Origin: a virus
Lineage: Duplodnaviria > Heunggongvirae > Uroviricota > Caudoviricetes
DNA: 64,000 nt
Reading direction: 5' to 3' (one strand)
IMG/VR virus record: IMGVR_UViG_3300037454_000603
Coordinates: 15,646 to 79,645 of that record
The stretch's first letter is position 1. The number at the start of each line of letters is the position of its first letter. The notes under the pieces are model-generated. The model had not been told where the DNA came from, ran no database searches, and was given only the letters and a program-made list of their open reading frames with translations. The translations under genes and the position numbers were made by a program. Shown here piece after piece: positions 62,110-64,000 of this stretch.

Positions 62110-62640
62110 TTCTCCCTCCTGTTCATTAGGAACAAAAATAATTCTTTCATCTTGACTATGATTAAGAAATCTTTGAGTCCATGCTGTATACTAATCGTCG
62201 GACATTTTAACATGGGATGGATAACATATATGGAAATAAATATCTTCATTATTCTAAAGATTCGTTCCATTTATTATCGCATTCACCTATAAATTGCCTT
62301 TATAAGTCTTACCCTAAGCAGTAGAATTAACAAGAAAATTATCAGGAATGTCTTCTATTCTTACGTTAGCGGGTAAGTTTAATATATCTTGAGTTAAAAG
62401 GTCTCCAAAAATAACTTGACCGTCGTTTCCAGTTATCTCTCTCATGGCTCATCACCAGATGGAAGATTATTATAAATATTTTCAAATGCTTGTTTTACAT
62501 TATCATGAACGAAATAAACATTTTCATCTGAGCCCTTAGTATACCCAGGCTAATCGAATACTTCATCTTCTAATTCAGCGATATCTAAATTAGTCTTTAC
62601 ATCCTTGTGTACATGCATGCATTCACATTCAAAAGTTGGA
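62110..62640 (-). CDS. Hypothetical protein with many in-frame TAG codons
   Basis: Open frame only if TAG is read as sense. Confidence 0.3.
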
Positions 62641-62734
62641 TTAGGCATCTGAAATCCCTCCCTTTATTTTATTTTCTATAATTAAGTAATAATTCCTTTG
62701 ATAGAATACAATAGTTTGATATATCTCTGCCAAT

Positions 62735-62766
62735 GTTTGAATTATTCTATTGAATATGTTATAATT
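62735..62766 (+). promoter_or_regulatory. Plus-strand sigma-A-type promoter TTGAAT, 17 bp, TATAAT
   Basis: Perfect hexamers and spacing upstream of the plus-strand gene at 62799. Confidence 0.55.
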
Positions 62767-62798
62767 ACTATAGAAAATAAAAAAGGAGGAATTGCAAA

Positions 62799-63004
62799 TG
62801 AAAAAATATTTAGTTACTTTAGCGGCACCATCTTTAGGTTTAATACATGAGAACGAAAATTATATTGAACCTTATATTGTATCAGCTGAAAATTTAGATG
62901 AATTATCTTTTTATGTGGATAATAAACTAATGAGAAAATTTGCATTGGATTATAAAGTTGCTCTCTCCGATGTAAGAATTCTCTTCGCTGCAGCACTAAA
63001 GTAA
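62799..63004 (+). CDS. Plus-strand small protein MKKYLVTLAAPSLGLIHENENYIEPYIVS...
   Basis: RBS AAAGGAGG 7 nt upstream; terminator at 63005-63035. Confidence 0.5.
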
Positions 63005-63035
63005 GATGGGCCTCTAACCCATCTTTTTTATTATA
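63005..63035 (+). terminator. Intrinsic terminator GATGGG-cctctaa-CCCATC then TTTTTTATT
   Basis: Stem plus T-run. Confidence 0.6.
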
Positions 63036-63067
63036 AAACTTTTAATTATAATACGCAAATGTTTAGC

Positions 63068-63104
63068 TTAAAAGCCATCTATTTAAATTAATAGATGGCT
63101 TTTA
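63068..63104. terminator. Bidirectional terminator AAAAGCCATCTAT-ttaaatta-ATAGATGGCTTTT
   Basis: 13-bp palindrome flanked by A and T runs. Confidence 0.6.
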
Positions 63105-63125
63105 CTAATTCTTTTATAAAATTTT

Positions 63126-63398
63126 TATCTTCAAAATTGAGCACAATTGAATCCAGAGCTAAAGAATATTTATTTAGTAATAGTTCTAAAAGCTCAATTG
63201 TTTTCTAGTAGCTTCTCTTTCCAAAAACAACTATTTGTATAATTTCGCCGCCGTCCATGACTTTCCAACATTCACGATTTTCTACAAAGTAGCCAATAGA
63301 AGAAATTGGTAAATCTTCTATTCTTTGAATAAAATATTCTGATTGAGAAATAAAAGAATTTTGATAAGCATCGTCTAGAAGAAAAACTTCTATTTGCT
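63126..63398 (-). CDS. Small protein MTLRRRSK... with seven in-frame TAG codons. The start codon is embedded in the GC motif ATGACCTTGCGCCGCCGTAG.
   Basis: Open frame only if TAG is read as sense. Confidence 0.3.
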
Positions 63399-63476
63399 AC
63401 GGCGGCGCAAGGTCATTTTTTAATATATAAGAGTTATACTAAAATCCTTTTTCTTTTTTAAATTTAGTTCTTATTC

Positions 63477-64000
63477 TCATTTTATATAAGTAATCTTTCC
63501 ACTCTTTGCACAAAGATATCCGCTAGGACACTTAACCCAAATTTCATTGCCAATTTCAACAACATCTAAAACGGTAATAACAGTGCCAACCTTAAAAACA
63601 GCTAGAAGTTGAGAATAAGCATGACGTTTACCATCTTCAGTAAGGTCTTTATAGAGTTTTTGCTTAGAACCTGTACCTGGGGCAACCCTTACTTTCATAC
63701 TGTAAAGAAGTTTATAGTTTTTCCCTTTCTCATATGGAAGCTTAACTTCTGGTTTAGTTTCACTTAAATACTTCTTAGCAACCCAACTCTTGTTTTTAAG
63801 TTGAACCCAAACAAGATTATTATTAGTTGTTTCAGTGCCATTAATAACTTCTACCTTGGTTCCGTTCTTTAAAATACCATTCCAGCTACCATTAGGAGTT
63901 GCACGGTAGTTAAGTCCATCAGAACAATTAACATAGAGAGTTGAATAAGTATCAACAATAGGCTTTGAGCTTAAATACTTTTTAGCAACATAATTGCCAT
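63477..64000 (-). CDS. Endolysin-like protein with two C-terminal bacterial SH3 (SH3b) cell-wall-binding repeats. Partial: the N-terminus lies beyond the window.
   Basis: SH3b-like repeats YVNCSDGLNYRATPNGSWNGILKNGTKVEVI and GTVITVLDVVEIGNEIWVKC; the frame stays open to the window edge. Confidence 0.5.
   Translation of the reverse strand, partial: GNYVAKKYLSSKPIVDTYSTLYVNCSDGLNYRATPNGSWNGILKNGTKVEVINGTETTNNNLVWVQLKNKSWVAKKYLSETKPEVKLPYEKGKNYKLLYSMKVRVAPGTGSKQKLYKDLTEDGKRHAYSQLLAVFKVGTVITVLDVVEIGNEIWVKCPSGYLCAKSGKITYIK

Noticed and set aside
1189-62640. In-frame TAG codons as evidence of pseudogenes or sequencing errors
   Set aside because: The TAG codons recur at conserved residue positions across eight GIY-YIG paralogues. 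The frames continue for hundreds of codons. Two CUA-anticodon tRNAs are encoded. TAA and TGA still terminate.

Overview
This window is an AT-rich, gene-dense piece of a large virulent phage, probably of a low-GC Gram-positive host. The host call rests on the promoters, which have the sigma-A form with an extended -10, and on AAGGAGG-type ribosome-binding sites. About 95% of genes are on the minus strand, transcribed toward coordinate 1.

The central feature is reassignment of the TAG stop codon to a sense codon, most likely glutamine:
- Many genes carry in-frame TAG codons while TAA and TGA still act as stops. Affected genes include eight GIY-YIG homing-endonuclease genes, an HNH gene, the replication-initiator-like genes, an Rnl-adjacent nuclease, the lysis and structural genes, and a plus-strand cassette.
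- In the GIY-YIG genes the TAG codon falls at the canonical YIG-Q-S motif position.
- The window encodes two different tRNAs with a CUA anticodon (37239-37315 and 42142-42216). Both have a U1-A72 acceptor end of the glutamine type.
- The small minus-strand genes between 5.7 and 16.6 kb and between 20 and 31.5 kb largely lack TAG. Nearly every one sits behind its own copy of a near-identical ~50-bp promoter module (TTGAAA, 17 bp, TGnTATAAT, about 25 nt, AAGGAGG, ATG).

The window holds roughly 30 tRNA or tRNA-like genes in several clusters. Several are anomalous:
- One tRNA gene is split by a 460-bp insertion that carries an HNH endonuclease ORF, which suggests an intron or a homing insertion.
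- A pair of mutually complementary tRNA halves sits in permuted order beside suppressor tRNA 1.
- One tRNA-like gene is about 119 nt long.
- Three leucine-anticodon tRNAs (UAG, AAG, UAA) have short variable arms.
- A tRNA with a UUG anticodon has a long variable arm.

A candidate RNA-surveillance and repair gene set is present, though scattered across the window:
- A Ro60/Rsr homologue (TROVE plus vWA domains) sits next to a structured RNA whose ends pair and which contains a tRNA-like T-arm, as expected for a Y RNA.
- A T4 Rnl1-like RNA ligase.
- An Rnl2-like RNA ligase interrupted by an intein that carries an HNH domain.
- A HAD-family nucleotidase or phosphatase.

Other recognisable products include:
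- A ThyX-like protein whose canonical RHR motif is replaced by YTH.
- A UvrD-like helicase and an SPFH/band-7 protein.
- A nuclease with three zinc-ribbon repeats followed by a PD-(D/E)XK domain.
- Replication-initiator or replisome-organiser-like proteins next to iteron arrays.
- A lysis block: a lipoprotein 3D-domain hydrolase, a holin-like protein, and a partial endolysin with SH3b repeats.
- More than 5 kb of structural ORFs dense with TAG codons.

Unexplained elements:
- A family of more than 30 GC-rich hairpins (GCGCCGCC...GGCGGCGC) that should not occur by chance in this AT-rich genome. They lie just upstream of promoter modules, just upstream of ribosome-binding sites, or inside start codons.
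- A plus-strand array of five diverged repeats whose stems co-vary, followed by a 35-aa hydrophobic peptide gene.
- Iteron arrays and palindromic operators in the first 5.3 kb.

All coordinates are read by eye and may be off by a few bases.
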